Shown piece by piece: positions 24,441 through 36,071 of a stretch of 64,000 nt of DNA (its first letter is position 1; each line of letters starts with the position of its first letter). The position numbers and the translations under genes are program-made. Under the pieces are notes generated by a model that worked only from the letters and a program-made list of their open reading frames with translations, was not told the origin of the DNA and made no database searches. The stretch comes from Octopus vulgaris (taxonomy: Eukaryota): NCBI GenBank assembly GCA_951406725.2, contig OX597830.1, positions 54,560,001 to 54,624,000 on the forward strand, in the 5' to 3' direction.

Positions 24441-25929
24441 TTTATACCAACTTCTAACTCGAGTCAGAAATCAGATAACAACTTCTCTATGACTTAATTT
24501 ATCTCAGATTATGGAATCAAACATTCGACTTCTGAAAATAAAGATAACCAAATCATATGAATTCTGATTTTGTATTCCAAGAATAATAATCCTGCCATAT
24601 TTTTGAGTCTTGAAGAATTGATGTAACTCTAAAAACATTCCTATAACAAGGAACTGATTGGTGAATGTGTTACTATTTTTACTAGTGGCTATGGTCACCA
24701 GAAGGAATCTGCTAATCTGACATTACTATATTAAACATAAAAACTTTGAAATATTCCTAGACACAATATAAGTTTAATGTGACTTAATCTTGGATTCTGA
24801 GTGTGCATTCTTAGACTGGAAACCAAATTATGACCATATATTATGATTGTGCAAACAGCAAATTATTATAAAGATTTTTCATTTTTTATGGGTGTGTGGC
24901 ACTCATCTATCACACCCAGAAAATACACCCTTGCTCTTTAAAATTCTTTTTATTAAGATTCAGTCAGTAATAAACAGTCTTGGGGTACGGCAGGGAAATT
25001 ATCTCATTACTCTTGCTAGAATAAGAATAACATTTTTTGATAAAAACTTTTACTGTCAGTATTAAATGCTTGTGTCAAGTGTTGGTATTCTTGTAAGCAA
25101 TTCCTATGTGTGTGTGTAGACTAATTAAGACTAATTAACTTTAATAATATCAGTTGTCTGTCTTTGTAAATTACTTGTAAACAATTATAATGCATCGAAT
25201 TGTATTTTTTTTTTACCTCTTTTGTTTTACTATTAATTTCCTCTTAAGAGGAAATTAATAGTAAAACATTTGAAAGACCCATTTCAATTGAATTTCTCTC
25301 TAATCATTATAAAGTGCCTTATTTCTGGATGTTTAATAATTAGGATGTTAGACGCCTGTTCATAATGTCATGGGTTTAATTGCTGGACAGGGTGGAGCCG
25401 TGTGTCTCTGAGTAAAGCACTTCATTTCATGTTGTTCGAGTCTATTCAGCTGAAAATGAATCCAGCCAACTGCTGATGCAGTCTCCTGTCACTCCATCTT
25501 TCATATCTTTTGTGCTCTAGTAGATAAATAGTGGTGGTGGTGGGGGCACATAGGATGTTTGTCTGCTTGTTACTATTTAGGCACCTAAAACAGTTAATGA
25601 AAGCAAGGTAGATATGATCAAGTCACATTCATTTCTGAGTGATGGTCATTTTTTTTTTTTTTTCACGTAAAGTACCAGCCAGAATTTGAACCTGGATCCT
25701 TTATTTTTAAGTTAAGGGTAATAATGCAGCTGTTTGCTGCTTAACCATTGAGGTTAATGATTGTTAAAAAAAAAAAACAATTATAATCTTAACAATTCAT
25801 CTCGGATATTCAGAAATTTTATCATTTTCATTGTTCAGCTAATTTTATATTGACAGACAATTAGGTTAATTGATGTGAAGACATTTAAAGTATGGAAACA
25901 TCGAAGAGTTAACTAGAGATATAAAGATG

Positions 25930-26349
25930 GGATCTTTTCGGTTTGAACGGCAGTTTTTTCTAGCGGTGTCATATGAAATTGTCACCCATAATTATGACCC
26001 TAGTATCGATCTATTGCATTTCAATCTGTTTTAGGGTTAGGGTTGGTTTGAGATGGGGGGAAGGGTATCTTTTTTACTTCACAAATGTAAATAAACCCAA
26101 TCTGTTTCTTAAGCGAGGGACATATTCATACGGCACAGTGTTTTTTTTACCTCAATAGAGGTCATTGATTGGTTGAAATTGCAGAAATTGAAGAAAAAAA
26201 CAACAAATATCTTACAAACTATAGAATGTTCTCAATAAAGCCAAGAGAAAAAGATGTTTTATAAACACATTCTACAAGTATACGAAGTTTAAAATTTTTT
26301 AGTTACCTAGAAATTATGTTAAAAACTGCTGTTCAAACCGAAAAGATCC
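25930..26349. mobile_element. MITE with TIR GGATCTTTTCGGTTTGAACGGCAGTTTT and an 8-bp TSD (Merlin/hAT/P-type signature)
   Basis: TSD taaagatg at 25922-25929 and 26350-26357; second copy at 48449-48834. Confidence 0.88.
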
Positions 26350-26561
26350 TAAAGATGTTGTGAGACAAACATAGAGATATACAGATAGGTTAATGTTAGT
26401 GTATTTTGGATACAATTGAAATGCTACCTTGAAATAAGTACGTGGTGAGACAGCAGAGAGACAGATAAGTAAATTAGTGTACTTATGTTTAACCCCTTTT
26501 GATATCAACCAGCCTGTGACTGCCACTAATTCCTTTTTTTTTTTACAAACTTCCTGTTTAA

Positions 26562-26776
26562 CCCCTTTAGTTATCAAACTGGCTATATTAGACCCAAATA
26601 TTCTACCTGTTTTATGTTTAAACACCAGATATGGCCTCTTACACCTACCCTACAATGTCATACTAAAAGTAAAGTCACATCAAAATCTTGGTTACAATAT
26701 AAAGCAGGATTAATACAAAACAATGTGAATAAAAGAACATTATTATATTTGATAGAGTAATCTGAATGCTTGAAGG
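26562..26776. mobile_element. piggyBac-like MITE (reverse copy of 18514-18723) nested at a TTAA inside another piggyBac-like MITE (about 26490-26880)
   Basis: TTAA|CCCCTTTAG ... AATGCTTGAAGG|TTAA; internal homology to the reverse complement of 18514-18723. Confidence 0.65.
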
Positions 26777-28636
26777 TTAAAGTGTTCTAAATTTATACCG
26801 TCCATTAAAATTTCATATCCTTGTTCTAAACATCAACTTAAGTTATTTTACTAAATTCTTTTTTTTATTTTGCCAAATTTGCAACAAAAGTGGCCCTGTC
26901 CCTAAATTTCAGACAATTATTACTAAGGTAACAAGCTGACAGAATCGTTAAAGCATCATAAAAAATGCTTGGCAGTGTTTGTTCTGGCTTTTAATCTTCT
27001 GAATTCAAATCTTGTTAAGGTCAACTTCACCTTTCATCGTCTTGGAATTAATATGATAAAGTACCAGTCGAGCATTGAGGTTAATGCTATTGATTAGTCC
27101 CCCTCCCCTCAAATTTCATGCCTGTTGCAGAAAGGATTATTATTGTTATCCACCACAAATATTTCTAGTTAACTTCTTAATGATCCTCTTGTTCTATAAA
27201 TTTGGTTGTCTCTCCTCTGGAACGGCTGAATGAATCTGAAAGTGAAGTGATATTCTATAGAATTTGTGATTTATATTTTTGTCATATTATCTGTTTGGGT
27301 AGAAAACTTTGGAAAACAGAAAATTAAAATATAAAGTTTATATATTTTTGAAGACTTTCTAAAATGGTCCCTATTAAAATGAATAAAAATGCAAAAAAGA
27401 AAACTCCGTGATATATTCATATTAAGAAAAAAAGATTTCTGAAATAAAGGAAGCTGTTATGAACATGTAGTTTTTTGTTATTCTTATTATTTTTATTGCT
27501 ATTATTATTATTGGAATTTTGTGATGATGCATGGCCTAGCAGTAAGGTTGTTGCAGTCATGATTACAAGACATGGTTTCAATTCTTAGAGTGGGGAGTGG
27601 GGTGGTTCTTGAACAAAACACTTCATCTTATGCTTCTCTGTGATCACTTCAACACCTGGCATGTGGTACACCATATGGTAAATTAAGGTGTCAAACATAG
27701 GGCTCACACCAATGTTTAGTCTGGCTCCTGGCTCAGTTTTATAAAGAAATCCATTTTGTTATTTTTAAATTTGAATTTTGTTGTGTCTGGGGAGAGTCAT
27801 TTTCTTTTGGTACCTTATAATTTAACATACTCACCGGAATTTGCTTCAACACATGAACTCACATAAAGAATCTTGCAAACCAAATCCAAAAACTGAAATA
27901 AATTTAAATTATTCTGTAAAATATATATCACTAGCTTGCATTCAGAGTTGGTGCTTGACTAGTCATAATTAACATCTGTTCTAATTAAGAGAAATCAGTG
28001 CACATTAGGAAATTTAGTTATCATTTTATTATGTCAACTAGTGAAAAGGAAGCTAATGAATCCAAATACTAAAAGATGTGATCTATTTCCCCTTCCCTTT
28101 ATCTATACACGCCAAACAAAGTAGTTCTTTTTCTCTCAAATTATGCATGTTTGTTTGCCTTGATTCTAGCGATATAAAAAAATACTAAAAGGTTTTGCAG
28201 CTGAGACAATGGAAGCTTTTTATCAAAGTGTTGATCTCAAAACTGTAAGTAATTGTTTGGATAATTTCTGTCTTCATTCTTACTCTAAGGACTCTTAATA
28301 GGTCTGTATATGGACAATTACATATTCTTCCCTTCCTCTATCATTGGTGAAGTTGTTATATGTTGGCCCCTTTATTCCATTTACTATGGCCTACATTATG
28401 AATTGGAGCTTTTAGGTATAATTGTATCTAGCAGACCCAAGAGATTAAGCTTATGCTTCAATCTAACTTGCAAAAACTATGTCTGACACCCAACGTGTTA
28501 CAGTCTCTCTTTTGCAACTAACCATGACCATGCAAATGAACAGCCTTTGTTTGTTTTCCAGTTCAATGTGTTTGTCTTTTCTCTCTCTCTCTCTCTATCT
28601 CTATCTCTGTATATATATATATATATATATATATAG

Positions 28637-28822
28637 TTAATCCAAACATGAAAACACAAAGAGAAAACAACAATGCGAGGACATGGAACAAGTATAGTAT
28701 TATTGGGCACTCAGGAAAGAAGGAAGGTTTAACGTTTCGAGCGGAGCTCTTTGTCAGAAACATAGGAAAAGGAAAGAAGGGAAGATGGAGGAAAAAAAAT
28801 CACCATCGGTACACACGCGGTC
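28637..28822 (-). mobile_element. Short Penelope-type terminal-repeat element flanked by (TA)n, carrying a minimal hammerhead motif (28727-28761)
   Basis: Minus strand gttt-CTGACAA-A-GAGC-TCC-GCTC-GAA-ACGT-T-aaac; TA tracts on both sides. Confidence 0.6.
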
Positions 28823-29855
28823 ATATATATATATATATATATATATAAATATATATATACACACATACACACTTTACATGCATACCTTCAGCACCAAAAT
28901 GTTTGAGTTCAGTCATCTCTTCAGGTCTTTAAAAGCCTTTGTAAGTTGCAGTGCACAAAGAGAACCGTTTTATTCCATTAGTATATGGCCAGCTTTTCTC
29001 TCCAATTCTTCATTTAATTGCATAGGGCTTGTAGTCTGAATGATAGATGGAAGACACAAACTGAACAGTAACTGGAATCTTGAGGAAATAAATTTAATTT
29101 ATAAAGTGAGAAGGAAGTGTACTCCAGTTCTTAGATTTTGTGGGTGAATGTATAGATTTTTCAAGTTATGTTGTCAATAGATATGTTCTTAAGTTAATAA
29201 TTATTGAATCAAGAACTCTTTAGAATTAAAAATTAATAAATAATTAATTGAACAATTATATCAGGGATTGAGTTAATGGTTATTAAATAATATTAGAATT
29301 TAAGAATTATGTGCATAATAGCATATGTAAGTATGCGTCAGTGAATGTGTATGTTTGTGTGTATGTGTGTGTCTATAAGAGTTTCTTAAGTTCATGATTG
29401 ACACCAGACTCATATTTAGAACACTTTTTCTTTTTTGCTAATCTGTTGTAATTTGTGCAGCAAAGTTGAAATAAATATAACTTCAGCAACAATAACAGTA
29501 ACAAGATTATCTCTGCTGATCAGATTAATATGGATTTACTCAGACTTTGGTAATAATACTCTTTTGAAAAAAATAAACAGTAGTACTATTAATCTATCTA
29601 TATCTCCTGCTCCTATCTTTCACTTTCTCTCTACTCCCCCACCTCATCTTTCTCCTCCTTACCTCCTCCTTCACACATCTTCTCTCCTCCCCTTCCTTCA
29701 CTCCCTTCTACAGTAAGATACATTCACAAGTGCTCCTTTAATAAAACTGGTTGCTGACGATGTACAGGATAATGCATGCATAAAAAAAAAAATTTGCAAT
29801 GGAAACCTGGAATGGAAAAATGAGAGAGAAAAAAGAAGAAATGTTCTTAGCTTAT

Positions 29856-30197
29856 TCAAATGGAAATTGCAGTTAAGACACCCAAGCCGGTGACACGTAA
29901 AAAGCACCATCTGAACATGGCAGATGCCAGTGCCGCCTGACTGGCGTCCATGTTGGTGACACGTAAGAGCACCATCCGATCGTGGCCATTGCCAGCCTCC
30001 TCTGGCCCCTGTGCCAGTGGCACGTAAAAAGCACCCACTACACTCACAGAGTGGTTGGTGTTAGGAATGGCATCCAGCTGTAGAAACACTGCCAAATCAG
30101 ACTAGATCCTGGTGCAGCCTCCATGGCTTCCAGACCCTGGTCGAACCGTCCAACCCATGCTAGCATGGAAAACGGTCGTTAAATGATGATGATGATG
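29856..30197 (+). mobile_element. Family R retroposon copy
   Basis: Three gtgRcacgtaaRaRgcacc units followed by the (GAT)n tail. Confidence 0.82.
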
Positions 30198-30326
30198 AAT
30201 GAATTGAAATTTACTTTTAAGCTGGAGAAAGAGGACAAAAGCCTAGTGGGAGTTGCTGAGGAAACTCAAAGAAAAGGAGAAATTAATGTCGCATAATTAA
30301 GACACTACTTTCAAATTTAATTATTA

Positions 30327-30731
30327 TCATGCCAACCCCCTTTGCTTGCGAAGACATGTTGGGGCAAGCGAAATCGAAAATCGAATTGAACCAGCCAGGA
30401 TCCCTGGTCTTGTGGTACGTAAAAAGCACTATCCGACTCGTGGCCGATGCCAGCACCGCCTCGACTGGCTTCCGTGTCGGTGGCACATAAAATACACCAA
30501 TCTGACCGTGGCCGTTGCCAGCCTCGCCTGGCACCTGTGCAGGTGGCACGTAAAAAGCACCCACTACACTCACGGAGTGGTTGGCGTTAGGAAGGGCATC
30601 CAGCTGTAGAAACATTGCCAGATAAGACTGGAGCCTGGTGCAGCCTTCTGGCTTCCCAGATCCCCGGTCGAACCGTCCAACCCATACTAGCATGGAGAAC
30701 GGACGTTAAACGATGATGATGATGATGATGA
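30327..30731 (+). mobile_element. Family R retroposon copy
   Basis: Three internal units followed by ggacgttaaacgatgatgatgatg. Confidence 0.82.
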
Positions 30732-30939
30732 GGATTCCTTAAAGGCGAAATCTGACCAGTGTTAAGGAAATGACTGATTGCTTCTGACATATTTCAGTCT
30801 TATTAAACCTCATTAGTGCAACAACAGTTAGATTTAGTCTGGAAGATTGTGGTGGGGCTAAGGATGGGGAGGGCATTTTTTTTTCATCTTACAAGTAAAA
30901 AGAATTACAAACAATTCTGGCTGGTAGTTATTGCATTTT

Positions 30940-31335
30940 TTATTTGTTTCAGTCATTTGACTGTGGCCATGCTGGAGCACTGCCTTTAGTTGAGCAAATC
31001 AACCACAGGACTTATTCTCTGTAAGCCTAGAATTTATTCTATCGGTCTCTTTTGCTGAACTGCTAAGTTACGGGGACGTAAACACACCAGCATCGGTTGT
31101 CAAGCGATGTTGGGGATGGGGACAAACATACACAGACACACAAACACACACATATATATATATATATATACGACGGGCTTTCTTCAATTTCCGTCTACCA
31201 AATCCACTCACAAGGCTTTGGTCGGCCTGAGGCTATAGTAGAAAACACTTGCCCAAGGTACGACGCAGTTGGACTGAACCTGGAACCATGTGGTTGGTAA
31301 GCAAGCTACTTACCACACAGCCATTTTTGTGCCTA
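30940..31335 (-). mobile_element. Family C SINE, full length
   Basis: Reverse-complement homolog of 3911-4288. Confidence 0.85.
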
Positions 31336-31724
31336 TAATAGTTATTTTTCTTTAAAAAGAAAACAAAAAGAGTTAAAGGGAAATAACTGAAGTAGACCAA
31401 CAGCAATAATTTAGATCATCCAGGTTAATGATGAATGGTGTGTTTGCAAAAAAAAAAAAAATTCAAAATGAATTTAAAATTGCATTTTAGTTGGTGAGTC
31501 AAAGCAGAAATTTGGCAATAATTATTAGTAACTCTCAATGAAAAGTGGGGTTCACTACAATAAATTAAGAATTTCACAGAAAAATCATTAATTATCATTA
31601 AGGGGAAATTTGATCTTTGTTAACAGGTGATATGAAGGTTACTGATGTAGTGTGGCTAGATTATATTGTGGTGGTGGTGGTATTGGTGATTGTAGTTGGT
31701 GGTGCTGTTGAGCTGTTGCTGTTG

Positions 31725-32090
31725 ACCGAACGGTCTTCGTCCTAGAGCTCGCAAGATGCGAGAAGTTCGAAACGTGGTCCTTTGCTATTCGTAAAACCCG
31801 CAGAAGAGAAAGCAGGTCAAACCCCGACACCGAGAGCATCGACAGATGGATGAATGCACATCCAGGGCCAGAGGTTGCGTAGGAAGTCGGGGACAAGAAA
31901 CGGGAAGAAAGAGTGAGAGAAAGTTGGGGCAAAAGAGTACAACAGGGGTCGCCACCACCCCCTGCCAGAGCCTCGTGGAGCTTTAGGTGTTTTCACTCAA
32001 TAAACACACACAATGCCCGGTCTGGGAATCGGAACTGCTATCCTCTGACCTCGAGTCCACTGCCCTAACCACTGGGTCATTGCACCTCCT
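31725..32090 (-). mobile_element. tRNA-derived SINE with a structured GC-rich tail
   Basis: Minus head ggaggtgcaatgacccagtggttagggc...gttccgattcc; body aaacacctaaagctccacg shared with the plus-strand fragment at 34938-35130. Confidence 0.7.
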
Positions 32091-33186
32091 GTAGTTGGTG
32101 GTGCATAGTGGCTGTAGTGTCAGTGGTTTTTGTTGTAGTAATTGTTTGTGTTAGTTGTAGCAGTTGAACTGTTGGTCATAGAAATAGTAGTGGTGTTGGT
32201 TATAGTGAGGTGGTTCTGATGATAGCTGTAATGGGGTTGTAGTAGTGGTGGTATTGGCAGTTGTAGGGGTGGTGCAATGATGGCTATGGTGATGGTTGCT
32301 GTGCTAGTTATGTTGGTTGCTCTGATGGATATAGAATTGGTGGTGGTGGTTATAATGGTTTTGTGGGGTAGAGTATTGTGTTGGTTGTAGTGGCGGCAGT
32401 ATGACAGTGGTAGTTGTAGCAGTGTGATTGTAGTGGCAGTAGTAATGGAGTCTGAAACAACTGAGGGTTGTGTGGTGATGGTGAATGGATATAAAATACA
32501 AATGAAGAGAGAGAGAGAGAGAGAGAGAGGAAGAGAGAAACACAGATTAAAGAAAGGTCGAATGACTGAATAAAAATATAAGCGAAGATTTATAGATTTA
32601 TATGAATGGATAATTAAATGAATGAATGTGTAAACAGTAGCTGAAATAGGGGACACGCATGGGATAGGGTTTCCGCTCTTTTCAATTAACGAGGACGCTT
32701 ATAGAGTTTAACTCCCCACCTTCATCTCATACTCAGTCTCATAGACTTTAGCGTACCCTAGTGCTTGAAATCCATTTCCATTGCTGTTAATGAATGAGCG
32801 AATAGATGTGTTAGTGAATGACTGGATAAATGATGAATTGAATGAGTAGTTGTAAAATTAAAATTTAATCTGTCAAACGATTGTTGAGACTCCATGACAG
32901 ACACTACCACCACAAATAACATCAGCAACAACAACAATACAATTGTTTGAGATTTTGGTACAAGACAAATCCAAATTGATTACGTGTACTTCAGTACTTG
33001 ACTGGTACTTTATCTGATCGATGCCAGAAGAACGAAAGGCAAAGTTGACCTCAGCAGGATTTGAACTCAGAATGTAGTAAAGAGCCGGACGAAATGCCGT
33101 TGAGCATTTTTGTTCGACGCGTTGGCGATTCTGCCAGTTCACCAACACCAATACGATAATACTAACCTCAGCCACAGCAATGACAA

Positions 33187-33460
33187 GGTACTACTTAAGA
33201 AGAGTGGTCCCGGTGCGCGCACTCGCGTAGTCGCGCATCCGCGCTAGCTAGTCGTGACTAGTCGATCCTTACTTTGTGTTTTTGTGTTTAATTTACTTTA
33301 CTTTAAAAAAAATTATTTACTTTGTGTAAAAAAAATATTTATTTTGTGTTTTATTTACTTTGCTAGGTAGTCGTTGTAGGATCGACTAGTCACGACTAGC
33401 TAGCGCGGATGCGCGAGTACGCGAGTGCGCGCACCGGGACCACTCTTCTCAAGTAGTACC
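33187..33460. mobile_element. Mutator (MULE)-like MITE, 274 bp, TIRs about 83 bp, 9-bp TSD
   Basis: TIR ggtactacttRagaagagtggtcccggtgcgcgcactcgcgtaStcgcgcatccgcgctagctagtcgtgactagtcgatcct with 2 mismatches between arms; TSD caatgacaa at 33178-33186 and 33461-33469. Confidence 0.9.
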
Positions 33461-33963
33461 CAATGACAACGTCAACATCAATAACAACAAAGGCGTGAAC
33501 AACGTCACCACCACCACCACCGTCAACACTACCACCACCACCGTCACCACTACCACCCCTATTACCTCTACAGCTACCATGACAACAACGACTGCCACCA
33601 CCACCACCACCAGCAACAGAAACGACAATTCCACCATATTTCTGGAGACGCGCCAGTTGCGATGGGTGCAGATGTACCGAAAACGTCCCTCTCTTCCAAG
33701 TCCACCTCGTCGTCCACCACCACCATCACCACCACCACCAAAACCTTTGAACCTCCCCTCGAAGTGTGACGGGGCTTCTACACGATCGTCAAACCTGTTA
33801 GAAATAGCAGTTGAATTCCCTTGCATATGTTACGCTCTACCTTTTTTTAAATAACGAAAGGACACATTGGACCATGCGAGACTAGATACACGTAGATTAG
33901 ACAGAGCGGTCATTGGCCATGGCAGTGAGTGATGCTCGGACAGAGGAGACCACTCGAGGTTGA

Positions 33964-34057
33964 ATGATTACTACTACTACAACTACTACAACTACCATCG
34001 TTGCTGCTACTACTACTACTACTACAACTAATACAACTACCATCACTGCTGCTGTTG

Positions 34058-34112
<55 letters not shown>

Positions 34113-34448
34113 CATTGCTGCTGCTACTGCTGCTGCAACTACTACTACAACTACCATCGCTGCTGCTGGAGCTGCTGCTACTACTACTACTACAACTACT
34201 ACAACTACCATCGCTGCTGCTGGTGCTGCTGCTGCTGCTACTACTACAACTACCATCGCTGCTGCTACTACCACCACTACTATCATCACCACCACCTCCA
34301 TCACAACCACCATCACTACTACTACTACTACAACTACCATCACTGCTGCTGCTATTGCTGCTACTACTACTACTACTACTACTGCTGCTGCTGCTACCAC
34401 TACTGCCACCACTACTACCATCGCCACCACTGCCACCACCATCACTTG

Positions 34449-34492
<44 letters not shown>

Positions 34493-34493
34493 G
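33964..34493. repeat. Compound (ACT)n/(GCT)n trinucleotide minisatellite
   Basis: Repeated actaccatcgctgctgct(act)n units; produces spurious poly-T/V/S/L ORFs. Confidence 0.9.
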
Positions 34494-35125
34494 TTAAAGT
34501 ACCAGCGGTCAGTAAGCAACCAACGTAGGGATGAAGTTTGCTGCAGCAGTCCACTGTAAACGATGCAACATGATAGAAGCAGGGTGCTTCTTCGATATAA
34601 AACTTTAATTGTGGGACTTAATCTACGATCAGGTCTGGGACGCTATTGTGACCGATACATGCACTGACGATTAGGGACGGGCTATGCGAGGTGGTGGCAG
34701 TGGTACTGATGATGGTGATGGTGTAGTGACAAGTCGGTCAGTATACCTGTCCAAAGATTATCCCGGAGACCCAGCAAAAAAGGACTCCTGTGAATTTCAA
34801 GTTTACCAAAAGACGAAGACAGGTGTAGGAAGTAGAAGAAGCAGGTGTGTTAGTTTAACGCTCGGGAAGAATGGGAAAGTCTTTTATGTTTCGAGCCTAC
34901 GCTCTTCGACGGAAAGGATTAAGAGTTAGAGTTAGTTAAAACACCTAAAAGCTCCACGTGGCTAGGGCAGGGGGGCGGTGATCCCTGCTGTACTCTTTCA
35001 CCACTCTTTCTCTCACACTTTCTTCTGTTTGCTGCTCCCTTAGCCAGAGGGGTGGCGTCATTCGAAGGCTAAAACAATGCGAACGCATTGTGACCAGCAT
35101 CTAATGGTCTGGTCGGTCACGTGAT

Positions 35126-35178
<53 letters not shown>

Positions 35179-35340
35179 TGTATATATACATGTATATATA
35201 CATGTAGATGTAGGTACGTACATATATGTTTGTATGTATGCATATATTTTATTTATTACACTATTGTATGACTGAGCGCCCTCGCGTCGATTCGATTCGA
35301 TTCGTTTGGTTTCGTTTGGTTTCTTCTTCTTCTCTAAGCT

Positions 35341-35399
<59 letters not shown>

Positions 35400-35851
35400 T
35401 ATATATATACATACGTTCATACATACACACCGGTCTTCGTCCTTTGGGACGGGCTGAGAGGTGGTGGTGGTGGTGGTGATGATGGTGGGATAGTGGCGAG
35501 TCAGTCGGTATACCTGTCCAAAGATTATCCCGGAGGTCCAGCAAAGGCATCATGTGGGGTGGGGAAAGCCCTCCCTGACCACCGCAGCCCTTCTCAGAGA
35601 CGGGCCGGGCGCAATACCTTTCCACCTTGCACAATTTCTTTCGGGGAGCCTGCTAGCAGATGCACCTCAGAGTCTTCACAGTCTTTAGACTCAAAGCGTC
35701 ATCAGATGCACCTTATCTGACATATGGGTTACCTCAGAAAGAGGTACATCAGACACGCCTACCCGCTGAGTGTTGGCTGAGTGTTGTAAAGTGGACCGAC
35801 GTAAGCAAGCGGTAAAAGAACATCCTAAGCGCGCTTGCTGAAGAGAGGAAG

Positions 35852-35927
<76 letters not shown>

Positions 35928-36014
35928 CTCTGTGTGTATATATGTTGGACCGTTGAACTCTGCACATTTTTCTCTCTCCGTTTTTCTTTCATTCTCTCTC
36001 AATTTAACAAACTC

Positions 36015-36071
<57 letters not shown>

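Noticed and set aside
30410-30562. CRISPR-like repeat-spacer look of the gtggcacgtaaaaagcacc units
   Set aside because: The spacers are homologous to each other, the units sit inside a dispersed eukaryotic retroposon and no cas genes are present.
31742-31782. Hairpin followed by GAAACGTGGTC resembling a hammerhead 3' half
   Set aside because: No CTGANGA precedes the stem and there is no stem I; treated as SINE tail structure.
33897-34554. Long ORFs (poly-T/V/S/L), and similar ones at 11484-12196, 14513-15484, 37537-38193, 46150-47176 and 52840-53510
   Set aside because: They are stop-free only because of simple-repeat composition, are open in several frames and show no protein motifs.
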